Below are positions 31,101 through 39,500 of a DNA stretch of 64,000 bases, piece after piece (position 1 is the first letter of the stretch; each line of letters starts with the position of its first letter). The notes under the pieces were generated by a model, which saw nothing but the letters and a program-made list of their open reading frames with translations, was not told where the DNA came from and made no database searches. Source of the stretch: a bacterium (GTDB lineage Bacteria; Auribacterota; Erginobacteria; Erginobacterales; DAOSXE01); contig DAOSXE010000015.1 in NCBI GenBank assembly GCA_035380285.1, forward strand, positions 1,927 through 65,926. The letters are read 5' to 3'. A program made the translations under genes and the position numbers.

Positions 31101-33924
31101 AGACGTAGAGCGAGTACTCCGAGCCGCCGGTGGCGGCGTAAAGCCGTCCGGCGGCGGCGTCGACCGCCGTCACCCAGCCCCGGGACACCTGCCATTCTTC
31201 CTGCTGCTGAAACCCGTTCCGGTTCCAGGCGTAAACCCGGCGGCCGGTGGTGCCGGCGTAGACCATGCCGCCGTAAGCCGCCACTCCCTCCACCGGATCT
31301 CCGATGCTGGTCTCGCCGCGCAGGGAGCGCACCGGTTTCAGGGCAAGCCGGTCCCATACGTAGACGTTCCCGTCGTCGCTGCCGCCGTAGATGTAGCGGT
31401 CGTCGGCGGCGACCGAGATTATGGCCCCGGCGTTGGGGTAGGAGCAGCGGGAGCGGCGGCTGAAATCGTCGCGGTCCCAGATATAGACGTTGCCGTCCTC
31501 GTTCCCCCCTACCACCGAGCGGGAATCGGCCCAGACGGCCTCCATCCAACCGCTTCCGCCCTCGAGCACCGCCACTTCTTCGAACGGCGCGGGGGTGACG
31601 CTGGGCACGGCCAGCAACTGGGGCGCCGGGGTCGGAGAAAAGGGCGGAGTCCCCGCCGGCGCCGCCCCGCCGGAGGGGGAAACCGTGGGAACGGGGGTCG
31701 GGGAGCCGGGCGGCGTGGAGGCCGGGGTGACGGCGGCGGTCGGCGTCGGCGCGGGGGCTTCCGGGGACGGGGAAGGAACCGACTTCGCCGGCACCTGCAG
31801 CCAACGGTCGTAGTAGGTGTTCCCCTCGACGTCCACGTACCATTCGCGGTCGACGGCGTCGATAACGGGGGGGGGATACACGGCGGTGCGGCCGGCCGCC
31901 GCCCGGGTCGGGAGCTCGGTCAGGATTTCGAAGGAAACGTCCAGATAATCGCCTTCGGCTACGATAAAAGCGGGGTCGGTCCCCAGTTGGAGCTTGACCA
32001 TGACCGGCGCGGCGGGGACGGCGGTGCGGTCGGTGTAGGCGGTGAATTCCTGACAGTAGTCGTAGGTGCGCGCCAGCCACTCCCCGTTGTCGGCCCGGGC
32101 GACGATCCATTTCCAGCCCTTCTGCCCGGCGGCGCGGGTCTCCTTGAGATCGAGATCGGTCACCCGGCTCAGGGAGAGAGGAACGGCGCCGTACTCCGGG
32201 GTCGGAGTGGCGCTGGCGCTGGGGGTGGCGCTGGGGGTCGGGGTCTTGTACCCCTCCGGCGTCGGAGTCGGAGTCGGCGTGGGCGGGCTGGGGGTGGGGG
32301 TATGGTAACCGAAAGGAGTCGGCGTCGCGGTGGGCGCGGGAGTGGGAGTGGTCGGCGGAGTCGGAGTCGGTTCCGGGGTCGGGGTGGGGCGCGAAGAGAC
32401 CGGGGAACACAGCTCTTCGTCGCTGTAGCAGATGCCGTCCCTTCCCAGCCAGAAACGGGACGAGGCCGGAGCGCCCGGGGGCAGGTAGATCCTGGTCTGG
32501 GCGACTTGGGCCTCCCCTTCTTCGAGATAGAAGTACTGGAGGTCCAGGTAATCGCCGGCTTCGATCCGGGGATCCTCGGAATCCTTCTTGATGACCAGCG
32601 AAAGCACCGCGTCCGCGTCCAGCTTGGGCCCGGGACCGGCAAAGGAGTTGAGGCTGTCCTTGACCGAGGCCAGGGGCACATCCTCGCCCGGGGCCTCCAG
32701 GCGGTATTCCCACCCCCAACTCAGGGAGGCGCGGGGCCGGGCGATGGAGAGCGTGTTGATCTGAAACGCCGCCAGGGGGGTGGCGCAGTAGGCCGGAGTC
32801 GGCGACGGCGACGGGGGAACCGTCGGCGTCGGCGCCGCCTGACAGAGGGAGACGTCCCGGTAGAGGACCCCCGTGGAATCGGGGTACCCGACCAGAGGAG
32901 CGGTCGGGTCCAGGTCCAGGGCAGGCAGGGCGATGCTGACGGCGGAACTTCCGGAACCGGTGGCGTAATCGATCTCCAGGGTGTCCCCGGGCTCGATCAC
33001 GATGTTCCCGGAGTACCCGGGATTTTTTATGATGGTCAGGCGCAGGGGGCGGTCGTCGGTGAAAACGGCGGCGACCCGCATCTGGTTGAGGTTGTCGGTG
33101 ACGTAGGCCAGGGTGGTCCTGCCGTCGGCGGTCTGGAGCAGATAGCCCCACCCGTCGGTTGAGGTGCTCCGGGGGTGGGAGAGGCTGAGGGCGTTGATCC
33201 ACCGGGCCCGGAGGGGTTCGCGGCCGGAGCAGTAATCGGGGGTGGGGGTCGGCGTGCCCGGAATCCGGGTGGGCGGGGGCGTCGGCGTCGTCAGGTAGGG
33301 CGTCGGGGAGGTCGGCCAGATGCCGAAGGCTTCGAAATAGAACTGCCGGTAGGCTTCGTCGAGGAGGGACCGGGCCAGGGTCCCGTTCTCTTCCCGGTAA
33401 GGATTCCGCGGGTAGACGGATACCCGGCGCTCGGCGCCTTCGGGCGTGGTGATGACGACGACGATCTCCTCGCTTTCGTCCCGGTGCAATCCGCCCCGGG
33501 CGGCCGCGGCCGCGGCCGCGGTCGGACCCGGGCTGGGGGTGGGGATCCGGCTGGGCGTGGGCACCGGCGTGGGCGGCGTGGCCAGGACCACGCCGAACGC
33601 CTGGAAATAAAACTCCTTGAAGCCCCGGCCGAGCAGGGAATAGTCCAGGCTCCGGTTTTCGGGCCGGTAGTCCTCCCGGGGCTCCACCATCGTCTCGCGG
33701 GTCTCCCCCGAGGGCTCGACCACGACCACGTCCACCTTCTCCGCGCCCCCGCCGTGGAGCCCCAGGCCGGCCTCGCGGGAGGCGCCCGGAACTCCCGGCA
33801 CCCGGAAGACCCGGCCGGGAGAGGGCGAGGGAGACGGCGTCGGGGACTCGGCGCCCTCGCTCCGGAGAGGGGACAGGGCCGCGGCCAGGAGCGCCCAGGC
33901 GAAAAAGAGCGGCCGCGCCTTCAC
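28132..33924 (-). CDS. Giant secreted multidomain protein (1930 aa): novel repeats, WD40/PQQ-like beta-propeller, lamin-tail domain, tentative heparinase II/III-like C-terminus
   Basis: Signal peptide MKARPLFFAWALLAAALSPLRSEG. PT-rich linkers. Seven blades of the xDGNVYVWD type. LTD pattern LVINEINYAG...CWIEIANYGD...WTL. The start overlaps the gspM stop by 4 nt. Confidence 0.8.
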   Translation of the reverse strand: MKARPLFFAWALLAAALSPLRSEGAESPTPSPSPSPGRVFRVPGVPGASREAGLGLHGGGAEKVDVVVVEPSGETRETMVEPREDYRPENRSLDYSLLGRGFKEFYFQAFGVVLATPPTPVPTPSRIPTPSPGPTAAAAAAARGGLHRDESEEIVVVITTPEGAERRVSVYPRNPYREENGTLARSLLDEAYRQFYFEAFGIWPTSPTPYLTTPTPPPTRIPGTPTPTPDYCSGREPLRARWINALSLSHPRSTSTDGWGYLLQTADGRTTLAYVTDNLNQMRVAAVFTDDRPLRLTIIKNPGYSGNIVIEPGDTLEIDYATGSGSSAVSIALPALDLDPTAPLVGYPDSTGVLYRDVSLCQAAPTPTVPPSPSPTPAYCATPLAAFQINTLSIARPRASLSWGWEYRLEAPGEDVPLASVKDSLNSFAGPGPKLDADAVLSLVIKKDSEDPRIEAGDYLDLQYFYLEEGEAQVAQTRIYLPPGAPASSRFWLGRDGICYSDEELCSPVSSRPTPTPEPTPTPPTTPTPAPTATPTPFGYHTPTPSPPTPTPTPTPEGYKTPTPSATPSASATPTPEYGAVPLSLSRVTDLDLKETRAAGQKGWKWIVARADNGEWLARTYDYCQEFTAYTDRTAVPAAPVMVKLQLGTDPAFIVAEGDYLDVSFEILTELPTRAAAGRTAVYPPPVIDAVDREWYVDVEGNTYYDRWLQVPAKSVPSPSPEAPAPTPTAAVTPASTPPGSPTPVPTVSPSGGAAPAGTPPFSPTPAPQLLAVPSVTPAPFEEVAVLEGGSGWMEAVWADSRSVVGGNEDGNVYIWDRDDFSRRSRCSYPNAGAIISVAADDRYIYGGSDDGNVYVWDRLALKPVRSLRGETSIGDPVEGVAAYGGMVYAGTTGRRVYAWNRNGFQQQEEWQVSRGWVTAVDAAAGRLYAATGGSEYSLYVWDRTTGAPLAELAGAESDLNSVATDADRIYLSSSDGNVYVWSLEFAPLKILDDCRDQVTGAAAARGFLYASCHDGSLYVWELPGFRLARRLEAGGAPLQGLAVEDDMVFAASGDGGVHVWYAPDIEDLNTFGATPTPTPFARAGWLPPVVPTPVSGAAAGASAAAEAEYDLQDLEPPEPYRPEGQTLAYGLLQETYKEAYRTWFGVTLTTPTPPPTPIPTPTPVPAPTSSGGSSQLVINEINYAGTLNQPTYCWIEIANYGDAAQQVENWTLNNDSENWSISLKSYELPVGAFYVVVANSALSVPVQANGARAQATSTLTCGGSGDKLVLKDDSGKTIDTVDCSSAGWFVTTQEGFSMERLDPDVSGSTKSNWARALSSSTYSVGTTTNFGTPGKTNGNYSPASPLRASFISSLTVEDYADWIDFATGCYFKNFDGNLGASDARFALYDYLPNTAFIYLATGYRPCADYFRENLLALVRDSSFDWGGTSTSRGISDVAEAYLALAASGIFSSAERAEIEKKFVRLALDRREVASTGNYAQGTVCGLNAVVGYIVGGEPGREMIAWANRLLSYDDTWTLPENSRYWQGLFIREMLRVALYSNRMEIPVEDGEGKRWRDNFYRQVCLLIETFPPNGFMPAYGQDYLQAFTDRFLEVLAAATAVLDDDVPEHRSAAARAKWLLQQAFEYARGHEVVAYGRNDYGYPGTQMGPFAVYMNPVYLYWFLNEDLVPEAPADGDCPGGVLSRPMMPGQSLAGVYDESLAQLVDTPDKVIHRSGSGSDALFLMLDLGAQVAGSGQDRYGFGNDILSLGVGPEEFVTGVTMNYSNPSFKLHNLVETGGTYPPAAAETWEDTSELSRSVTVSTVGALSWRREVVLYKTGDRRIEVKDTLPGQGIVRWHLQGDYRWIDDGMVLTVGGTELEVTWTGVDHAGHVPAETWADPDPDLRWGKSGAWDQEIRLHRYSPGAVVTTFRPVSDLENQVVPESPYSELR

Positions 33925-34481
33925 TTGCGTTCCGCCCCCTGGTTTTTGAGGGGCTCGGCCGAAATGATCGTCGCCTCGACGTCGAGCAGGTCGTCGTTCT
34001 TGCGGTTGAGAGCCACGGTCAGTTCCCGGATCACCTGGCTGCCTCCGTTCTGGTACTCGACGGCGTAGAGAAAGTCCACCAGTTGATCCAGGGGGACCCC
34101 CGCCAGCTCCACCTGCAGCTCCACCACCTTATACAGGTCGTGCACGGTCCGGTTGCGGGTGTTCATCTTGGTCAGTTCGGCCGCCGGGGCCTTCTCCGCG
34201 GCCAATTTCTCGATCAGGCCCTGATTCAGCACGGTTTCGCCGCCCACCCCGCCCATGCCCCGGAGGATCTGGTCGGTTTTGGACCGCAAGACCGCGTACT
34301 TGCGGTGGAGACGTTCCATCTTCTGCAGGGAGATCTCCTGCTCTTCGATCCGTTCGTTGACGCCGACCCATTGGTCCCAGAGCGAACCTTCCCGCAGGAA
34401 AAGAAACCAGACCACGGCGATGAGAAGAAACCCGCCGCCGCCGACGAGCACCGTCCGTTTTTCCCGTTGCTTGAGGGCCAT
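33921..34481 (-). CDS. gspM: Type II secretion system protein M-like (bitopic assembly protein)
   Basis: 186 aa, single N-terminal TM (LVGGGGFLLIAVVWFLFL). It follows the gspL-like gene, which is the basis for the call. Confidence 0.5.
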   Translation of the reverse strand: MALKQREKRTVLVGGGGFLLIAVVWFLFLREGSLWDQWVGVNERIEEQEISLQKMERLHRKYAVLRSKTDQILRGMGGVGGETVLNQGLIEKLAAEKAPAAELTKMNTRNRTVHDLYKVVELQVELAGVPLDQLVDFLYAVEYQNGGSQVIRELTVALNRKNDDLLDVEATIISAEPLKNQGAERK

Positions 34482-34484
34482 CCG

Positions 34485-36113
34485 TTACTCCTGGCGGATA
34501 AGGGGAATGGTGTAGGTGAACTCGACCGTCACCGTCTTCGCCCCGTCTTTCCTGGTCTTGGCCGGGCTTTCCTTGAGTTGGTCGCCGATGAACAGCGCCG
34601 AGGACTGAATCGCCTTCTTGATCAGTTCGGCGGTGCCGTAATTCTCGGTGCGGGCCCGCAAGCGGACACGGTCCTGGTTGATGTCGAGTTCGACCACCTG
34701 GACCTTGAGCTTGTCGGGAATGACCCGGCTCAGTTCCAGGAGGGCGTCCAATCCGGAAATGCTGCTGAACTCCCGGTAGTAATCGAAATTATCCCGCATC
34801 TCCTTCAGGGAATCCTCCATGGCCTGCAGCTCGCGGCCCCGGGCCTGCTGGGCCTGTTCGGGGAAAGCCGAAGCCAGAATTCCGGAGATGCGGGCCTGGA
34901 GAGCGGCCGATTCCGTCTCCTTCGCCCCCATCCTCAGGTGCAGGGAAACGGCGAACGCGGCCAAGAGGCCCAGAATCAACCCCAAGGTGATCAGAAGGCG
35001 CCGGCGGACCGCTCCCCACGAACCCGCCCAGGTCAACTCCTCCTTGCGGAAATTCACCCGCCGGCCCTCCCGGCCCACGGCGAACGAGGCCATCCCCATC
35101 GCTTCCCCGGCCCCGGGGAGGCGGTGCTTTCCTTCCCTGACGCCCGTCCAGGGATCGGCCGGCTGCGAGGCGCCCCCCGCCAGCCGCTCCAGGGACTCCC
35201 GCAACCCGGGGAGGTCCGCGCCCCCTCCGGTCAGGAGCAGCCGGTCCGGCGGCCGGCCCCCGGTCGCGGCGCCGGCGGTGTGCAGGGTCCGGGAAATCTC
35301 GGCTTCGAAACGGGCCAGACAGGCGCTCACGGCCGCTTCCACCTTCCCGGCTTCGGGGGCGCCCAGGCCGACCCCGCGTTTGAGGCTCTCGGCTTCGGGA
35401 AACGGGGCCCCCGTCTCCTTCATGACGGCGGCGGTGACGGTATCGCCCCCCCAGGTGAAACTTCGCAGCAGCACCAGGCGCCCGTCCTGGAAGAACCCGG
35501 CCGAGGTGTGCGCGGCCCCGACCTCGAGCAGGGCGGTCACGCCGGAGTCGAGAATCTGCCCTCCCCGGCGGCAGGCGTCGGCGAGACCGGGGAAATCGAC
35601 TCCGATCCCGGCGGGGTCGATCCCGGCCTCGGCCAGAAGTTCCAGTTGGCCGGCCAGGAAATCCTTGCGGGCGGCGACCATCATCACCCTGGTCTTGCCC
35701 TCTTCCAGGACTTCCTGAGGCCAGAAGTCGATGACCACCTGGTCCAACGGGAAGGGTATGTGCAGTTCCGCCTCCGAGGAGATGACCTGTTCGATCAGGT
35801 TGAGGCGGGTGAAGGGGACGACCAGGCTGCGCAGGAAAACCCGGTGCAGGGGCAGGGCACAGACGGTCACTTCCGCCCGGGGCGCCTTCGGGGAAAAAAG
35901 CTCGCGCAGCGCCGCGGCCGTTTCTTCCCGTCCCGGCGCCGCGGGGGCGGTCCGGGCGATCGCGGCGGAGCGGGCCCAGGAAACCCGCGGAAGCCGGCCC
36001 CGGGCGCGGCGGGCCACCACCGCGCGAACGGCGGTGGTGCCGATGTCGATCCCCAGCGCGCTGCCGGGGATATCGGCCCGCTGCCTCATTTTTTCCAAGA
36101 AGTCTTTCATCAT
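34485..36113 (-). CDS. gspL: Type II secretion system protein L-like (PilM-type actin-like ATPase domain + TM + PilN-like domain)
   Basis: ALGIDIGTTAVRAVV and LLLTGGGADLPGL are actin-like fold motifs. There is a mid-protein TM segment (LLITLGLILGLLAAFAV) and a C-terminal periplasmic domain. Confidence 0.6.
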   Translation of the reverse strand: MMKDFLEKMRQRADIPGSALGIDIGTTAVRAVVARRARGRLPRVSWARSAAIARTAPAAPGREETAAALRELFSPKAPRAEVTVCALPLHRVFLRSLVVPFTRLNLIEQVISSEAELHIPFPLDQVVIDFWPQEVLEEGKTRVMMVAARKDFLAGQLELLAEAGIDPAGIGVDFPGLADACRRGGQILDSGVTALLEVGAAHTSAGFFQDGRLVLLRSFTWGGDTVTAAVMKETGAPFPEAESLKRGVGLGAPEAGKVEAAVSACLARFEAEISRTLHTAGAATGGRPPDRLLLTGGGADLPGLRESLERLAGGASQPADPWTGVREGKHRLPGAGEAMGMASFAVGREGRRVNFRKEELTWAGSWGAVRRRLLITLGLILGLLAAFAVSLHLRMGAKETESAALQARISGILASAFPEQAQQARGRELQAMEDSLKEMRDNFDYYREFSSISGLDALLELSRVIPDKLKVQVVELDINQDRVRLRARTENYGTAELIKKAIQSSALFIGDQLKESPAKTRKDGAKTVTVEFTYTIPLIRQE

Positions 36114-36131
36114 CTTCGCGTCGCCGCCGGC

Positions 36132-37409
36132 CTACTCGCTTTCCGTCGTCGGTATCCAGGGGGATTCCACTTTCCACCGGAGAATGACCATCCGCTCGTC
36201 CAGGCGGTGGACCAGGGCCCGCACCCGGCAGGTGGCGCGGGGGGGGCGTCCGGGAGAGTCTTCTCCGCCCGGGCTTCCCCCGACCCGTCCCTCGGATATG
36301 ATTGTAAAAAAATCGCTTTCGACCTTGAACCGCTTTTCCAAACCCGGCGGCAGATCGCAGTCCAGTTCGCCCAGCGACGTTTCGTCCAGCTCCTCGAAAG
36401 GAAGCTCGTCCCGGGCCTGGGCCAGGCACTGGGCCGCGTCCAAGGCGTCGTCCTCGTATTCCTCCCCCAAACTCCTCAGTCCCAGGGCGATCACCGGGAC
36501 CGAGGCGGTGTTAAGGTTGATATAGCCGTCAGAGTATACTGTAAAGTACGAACGAAACCCCGAAAATGGTTCATCTTCGCCGGAAGGTTCGGACTCCTCG
36601 GAGCCTTCCGCGCCCTCCAGCCGGATTTCCTCCGGGGCCGGCCCCAGAAACAGGTACCGGGTCATATCCTTGATCAGACTGATCTCCCCCGGCGTTTCCA
36701 TCGGGGCTTTCTTGATCGTGTACCCGGGATCGCCGAGGCTGTAATCGCTCTTCCCCCGGTCGTTGGACGTGATCCAGTTGGCCAGATTTCCGGAAATGTC
36801 CTCGGCGTTCTCCAACTCCAGGTACTCGAAAAACCAGGTGAGAACGTCGACCATCTTCTCTTCCTCGGGCCAGGGGTCGTCCTCGTCCCGGTCGGTCCCC
36901 TCCCCTCCCGGTTCGGGGTCGGGGCTGGTCCCGGTAACGGTCGATCCCTCGTCCCCCCCACCCTCCCCTTCGTCCTTGCTCTCCCCCTCCAGTTTGGAGA
37001 TCAGACCGGTGACCTCCTTGACCCCTTTTTCTTCCTTGATGAGGAGGTTGATGTTGAACTTGCGGTCCTCGTCGACGACGGCGAAGGCGAAACCGCCCCG
37101 GCCCAGCTCGACTTCGGACTGGGCCACGGCCCAGGGATCGATCAGCGAGTCGTAGGGCTTGGCTTCCATCTCCCCCTGCGCTTCCCCCGATTCCTCCAGG
37201 TCGCTGAGCTTGTCCTGCGCCAGCAGGTCCATGGCTTGAGCCACCCCGGCTCGGGCCAGGCAGTACGCTTCTTCGCTGTCGCGGAAGGCGGAGGCCATCC
37301 GGGCGTCGAGGCTGATCAGGTAGGAAAACTGCAGCACCAGGACGGCCAGAACCGCCGCCATGAAAACCACGACCATCAGCACCGCGCCGTTCTGGGAGGA
37401 AACGCGCAT
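36132..37409 (-). CDS. gspK: Type II secretion minor pseudopilin K
   Basis: Start at MRVSSQNGAVLMVVVFMAAVLAVLVLQFSYL, forming an ATGA overlap with gspJ. The GspK-like YINLNTASVPVIALGL motif is present. Confidence 0.65.
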   Translation of the reverse strand: MRVSSQNGAVLMVVVFMAAVLAVLVLQFSYLISLDARMASAFRDSEEAYCLARAGVAQAMDLLAQDKLSDLEESGEAQGEMEAKPYDSLIDPWAVAQSEVELGRGGFAFAVVDEDRKFNINLLIKEEKGVKEVTGLISKLEGESKDEGEGGGDEGSTVTGTSPDPEPGGEGTDRDEDDPWPEEEKMVDVLTWFFEYLELENAEDISGNLANWITSNDRGKSDYSLGDPGYTIKKAPMETPGEISLIKDMTRYLFLGPAPEEIRLEGAEGSEESEPSGEDEPFSGFRSYFTVYSDGYINLNTASVPVIALGLRSLGEEYEDDALDAAQCLAQARDELPFEELDETSLGELDCDLPPGLEKRFKVESDFFTIISEGRVGGSPGGEDSPGRPPRATCRVRALVHRLDERMVILRWKVESPWIPTTESE

Positions 37410-38095
37410 CACCGATCCTCCTCCGGCGGCGCCTTGCTCCCTCCGGCCGGAACCCAGGCGGCGACGGAAAACCGCCGGACATCCTCCTCTTCGTCGGAGG
37501 GACCGAAGCCGACGGTGACCTTGACCGCCGTGGGCAGCGCCTCTTCCTCGAGGATATCCCATTCGTCCTGCCAGGCTTCCTCCTCGGGGCTGTAGTATTT
37601 GAAATCGAGGGAGCGGACGCCCTCCGCCAGTATCATCTCCTCCCCGCCCTCGAACGGTTCGTCCAGGCTGTAGCAGGGAGCGACCTTGGCCATGAGCTTG
37701 TCTTCTTCCCGATAGTAGGAAATCTCCCAGGTGTCGTAACCGGGGGTGTCCTCCCGACCGGAGCGGAGGAAGGTGGTGGTGATGAAGCTGATCCGGTCCG
37801 ACTCGAAACCGCCCGCCCAGAGATCGTCGGTCAGAAATAGGTTTTTAACGTCGTCTTCGTCCTCTCCCGCATAAAAAGGAACGTAGATGCCGCTCAATTC
37901 CCGCTCCAGCCCCCCCAGCACCACCCGCGCCGCCTGGTAGGCGTCGGAACCGGTGCGGTAGCGGCGGCTGGAGCCGACCACGGTGGAAAAGGACCAGTAG
38001 ACCGAGGAAAGGATCACCGCGGTGAGGGCGGCGGCGATCAACAGTTCCAGAATGGTGAACCCGGCTTGCCCCGGGGAGGCGGCGCTCTTATTCAA
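37409..38095 (-). CDS. gspJ: Type II secretion minor pseudopilin (GspJ-like)
   Basis: Prepilin N-terminal motif GQAGFTILELLIAAALTAVIL. Size and gene order fit GspJ. Confidence 0.6.
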   Translation of the reverse strand: MNKSAASPGQAGFTILELLIAAALTAVILSSVYWSFSTVVGSSRRYRTGSDAYQAARVVLGGLERELSGIYVPFYAGEDEDDVKNLFLTDDLWAGGFESDRISFITTTFLRSGREDTPGYDTWEISYYREEDKLMAKVAPCYSLDEPFEGGEEMILAEGVRSLDFKYYSPEEEAWQDEWDILEEEALPTAVKVTVGFGPSDEEEDVRRFSVAAWVPAGGSKAPPEEDR

Positions 38096-38507
38096 CCGGC
38101 TTCTCCTCGGGTTCCGGGTATTCGAGGTTGACGATATAGGTGGAGAAGGCGACCTTCCTCCCCTCTTCCTCCCCTCCCTCGGGGAACGAAACCCCCTCGA
38201 CCTGGGCCAGGGATTCGGCCACCTCGCCGACCGCCGCCTTCCAGCGCAGATGTTCCCATTCCTCCACGACCCCGCCGTAGTCGCCCTGGGCGGCGGGAAG
38301 TCCGATCGCCTCCACCGTCGCCAGAGCGGAAGCGGCCGCCAGCGTTTCTCCGGTGCGTTCCTTGGATCGGGCGAAATTCTTCAGGACCGAACCGTGGGTG
38401 AGCAGGAGGGGGGAGAGGGATATCCCCAGCAGAGCGACCGCGACCATGACCTCGATCAGGGTAAACCCCCGGGCCCCGGGAAACGACTTCTCAGCCCTTG
38501 ATCTCAA
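38088..38507 (-). CDS. gspI: Type II secretion minor pseudopilin (GspI-like)
   Basis: Prepilin motif ARGFTLIEVMVAVALLGISL. 139 aa. Confidence 0.6.
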   Translation of the reverse strand: MRSRAEKSFPGARGFTLIEVMVAVALLGISLSPLLLTHGSVLKNFARSKERTGETLAAASALATVEAIGLPAAQGDYGGVVEEWEHLRWKAAVGEVAESLAQVEGVSFPEGGEEEGRKVAFSTYIVNLEYPEPEEKPVE

Positions 38508-38967
38508 CCTCGCTTCTCCCCACGTACGGTTTGAGGTTGATGATGTAGCGGCGGCCGAAATCGTCGGCGCTGCGCAGCACGATCTCGGCCCCGTCCGAAT
38601 TTCCGCCGGGATAGAAGTAGATCGGGGAGGAGACCGTTCCCGAGAGCCGCAGCCCCTCGGGGATGGCCTGGGGGGCGCCCAGCCGGCCCGGGACCGTTTC
38701 CTGGGAACCGTCGGCGCCCAGGCGCCCCAACCGGAAGGTCTTGTCGTTGCGGTCGAGGTAGACCAGGTAGATCCGGCCCTCGAGGACGGCTCGGGCCCGG
38801 GCGTAGTCCAGGGTGCCGGCCAGCCGCCGGGTGAACCCCACCGCCTTGCGGGAAGAGATCAGCCCGGTGAACCGGGGGAAAACCACCAGGGCCAGCACTC
38901 CGATCAGGGCGGCCACGATCGCCAGTTCCAGGAGGGTGAACCCCCGGTTTTCGGGGCGGCGGCGCAT
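38491..38967 (-). CDS. gspH: Type II secretion minor pseudopilin (GspH-like)
   Basis: Prepilin motif NRGFTLLELAIVAALIGVLA. 158 aa. Confidence 0.6.
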   Translation of the reverse strand: MRRRPENRGFTLLELAIVAALIGVLALVVFPRFTGLISSRKAVGFTRRLAGTLDYARARAVLEGRIYLVYLDRNDKTFRLGRLGADGSQETVPGRLGAPQAIPEGLRLSGTVSSPIYFYPGGNSDGAEIVLRSADDFGRRYIINLKPYVGRSEVEIKG

Positions 38968-38988
38968 GACGTCGAGGGCTCCCCGGCC

Positions 38989-39408
38989 TCAGTTGGCGAT
39001 ATCCTGGTTCTCGCCTTCGCCGCCGGGGGACGCGTCCTTGCCGTAGGAGACGATGGTGTAATCGGCTCCCTCGGCCCCGCCTTTCGTGTAGATGTAGGCG
39101 TTCCCCCAGGGATCCTTGGGAATCTCCTGCTTCTTCAGGTAGGGCCCCGACCACCCGTCCGTGCTTCCCTCGGCCCGGACCAGGCCGTCGAGACTGCCGG
39201 GATAGTCGTAGACGTCGGCGTAGTACATCTCCAAGGCGTCGGCGAACGCCTGGATCTGGGCCTGGGCGGCGGCCTGCTTTCCCCGCCCGATGCGCTTCAT
39301 GAAAGCCGCCCCCACCACCGCGGTCAGGAGCCCGATGATGGCGATCACCACCATCAGCTCGACCAGGGTGAACCCCGCGGACCGTTGTCGTGCGTTCTTT
39401 CTTTTCAT
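38989..39408 (-). CDS. gspG: Type II secretion major pseudopilin G
   Basis: SAGFTLVELMVVIAIIGLL plus the GspG-specific PKDPWGNAYIY...VSYGKDASPGG. Confidence 0.85.
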   Translation of the reverse strand: MKRKNARQRSAGFTLVELMVVIAIIGLLTAVVGAAFMKRIGRGKQAAAQAQIQAFADALEMYYADVYDYPGSLDGLVRAEGSTDGWSGPYLKKQEIPKDPWGNAYIYTKGGAEGADYTIVSYGKDASPGGEGENQDIAN

Positions 39409-39500
39409 GCTACCTCCCCCCGGCGCCGGAGAGAGACCCGGAGGGTTTCCCCGCCGCGCTCCCGGCGCCGGTTTTCGTTTTGTTCGTCACGAGCGTCTTC

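Noticed and set aside
28228-33162. 1644-aa ORF on the plus strand, antisense to the giant secreted-protein gene. Related large ORFs: 30095..33202 (-) in another frame, 34083..37595 (+, 1170 aa), 40630..44910 (+, 1426 aa), 51202..53910 (+, 902 aa).
   Set aside because: Their translations are Arg/Gly/Pro/Asp-rich low-complexity strings with no motifs. They lie exactly opposite or out of frame to genes with clear family signatures. Long stop-free alternative frames are expected at this GC content.
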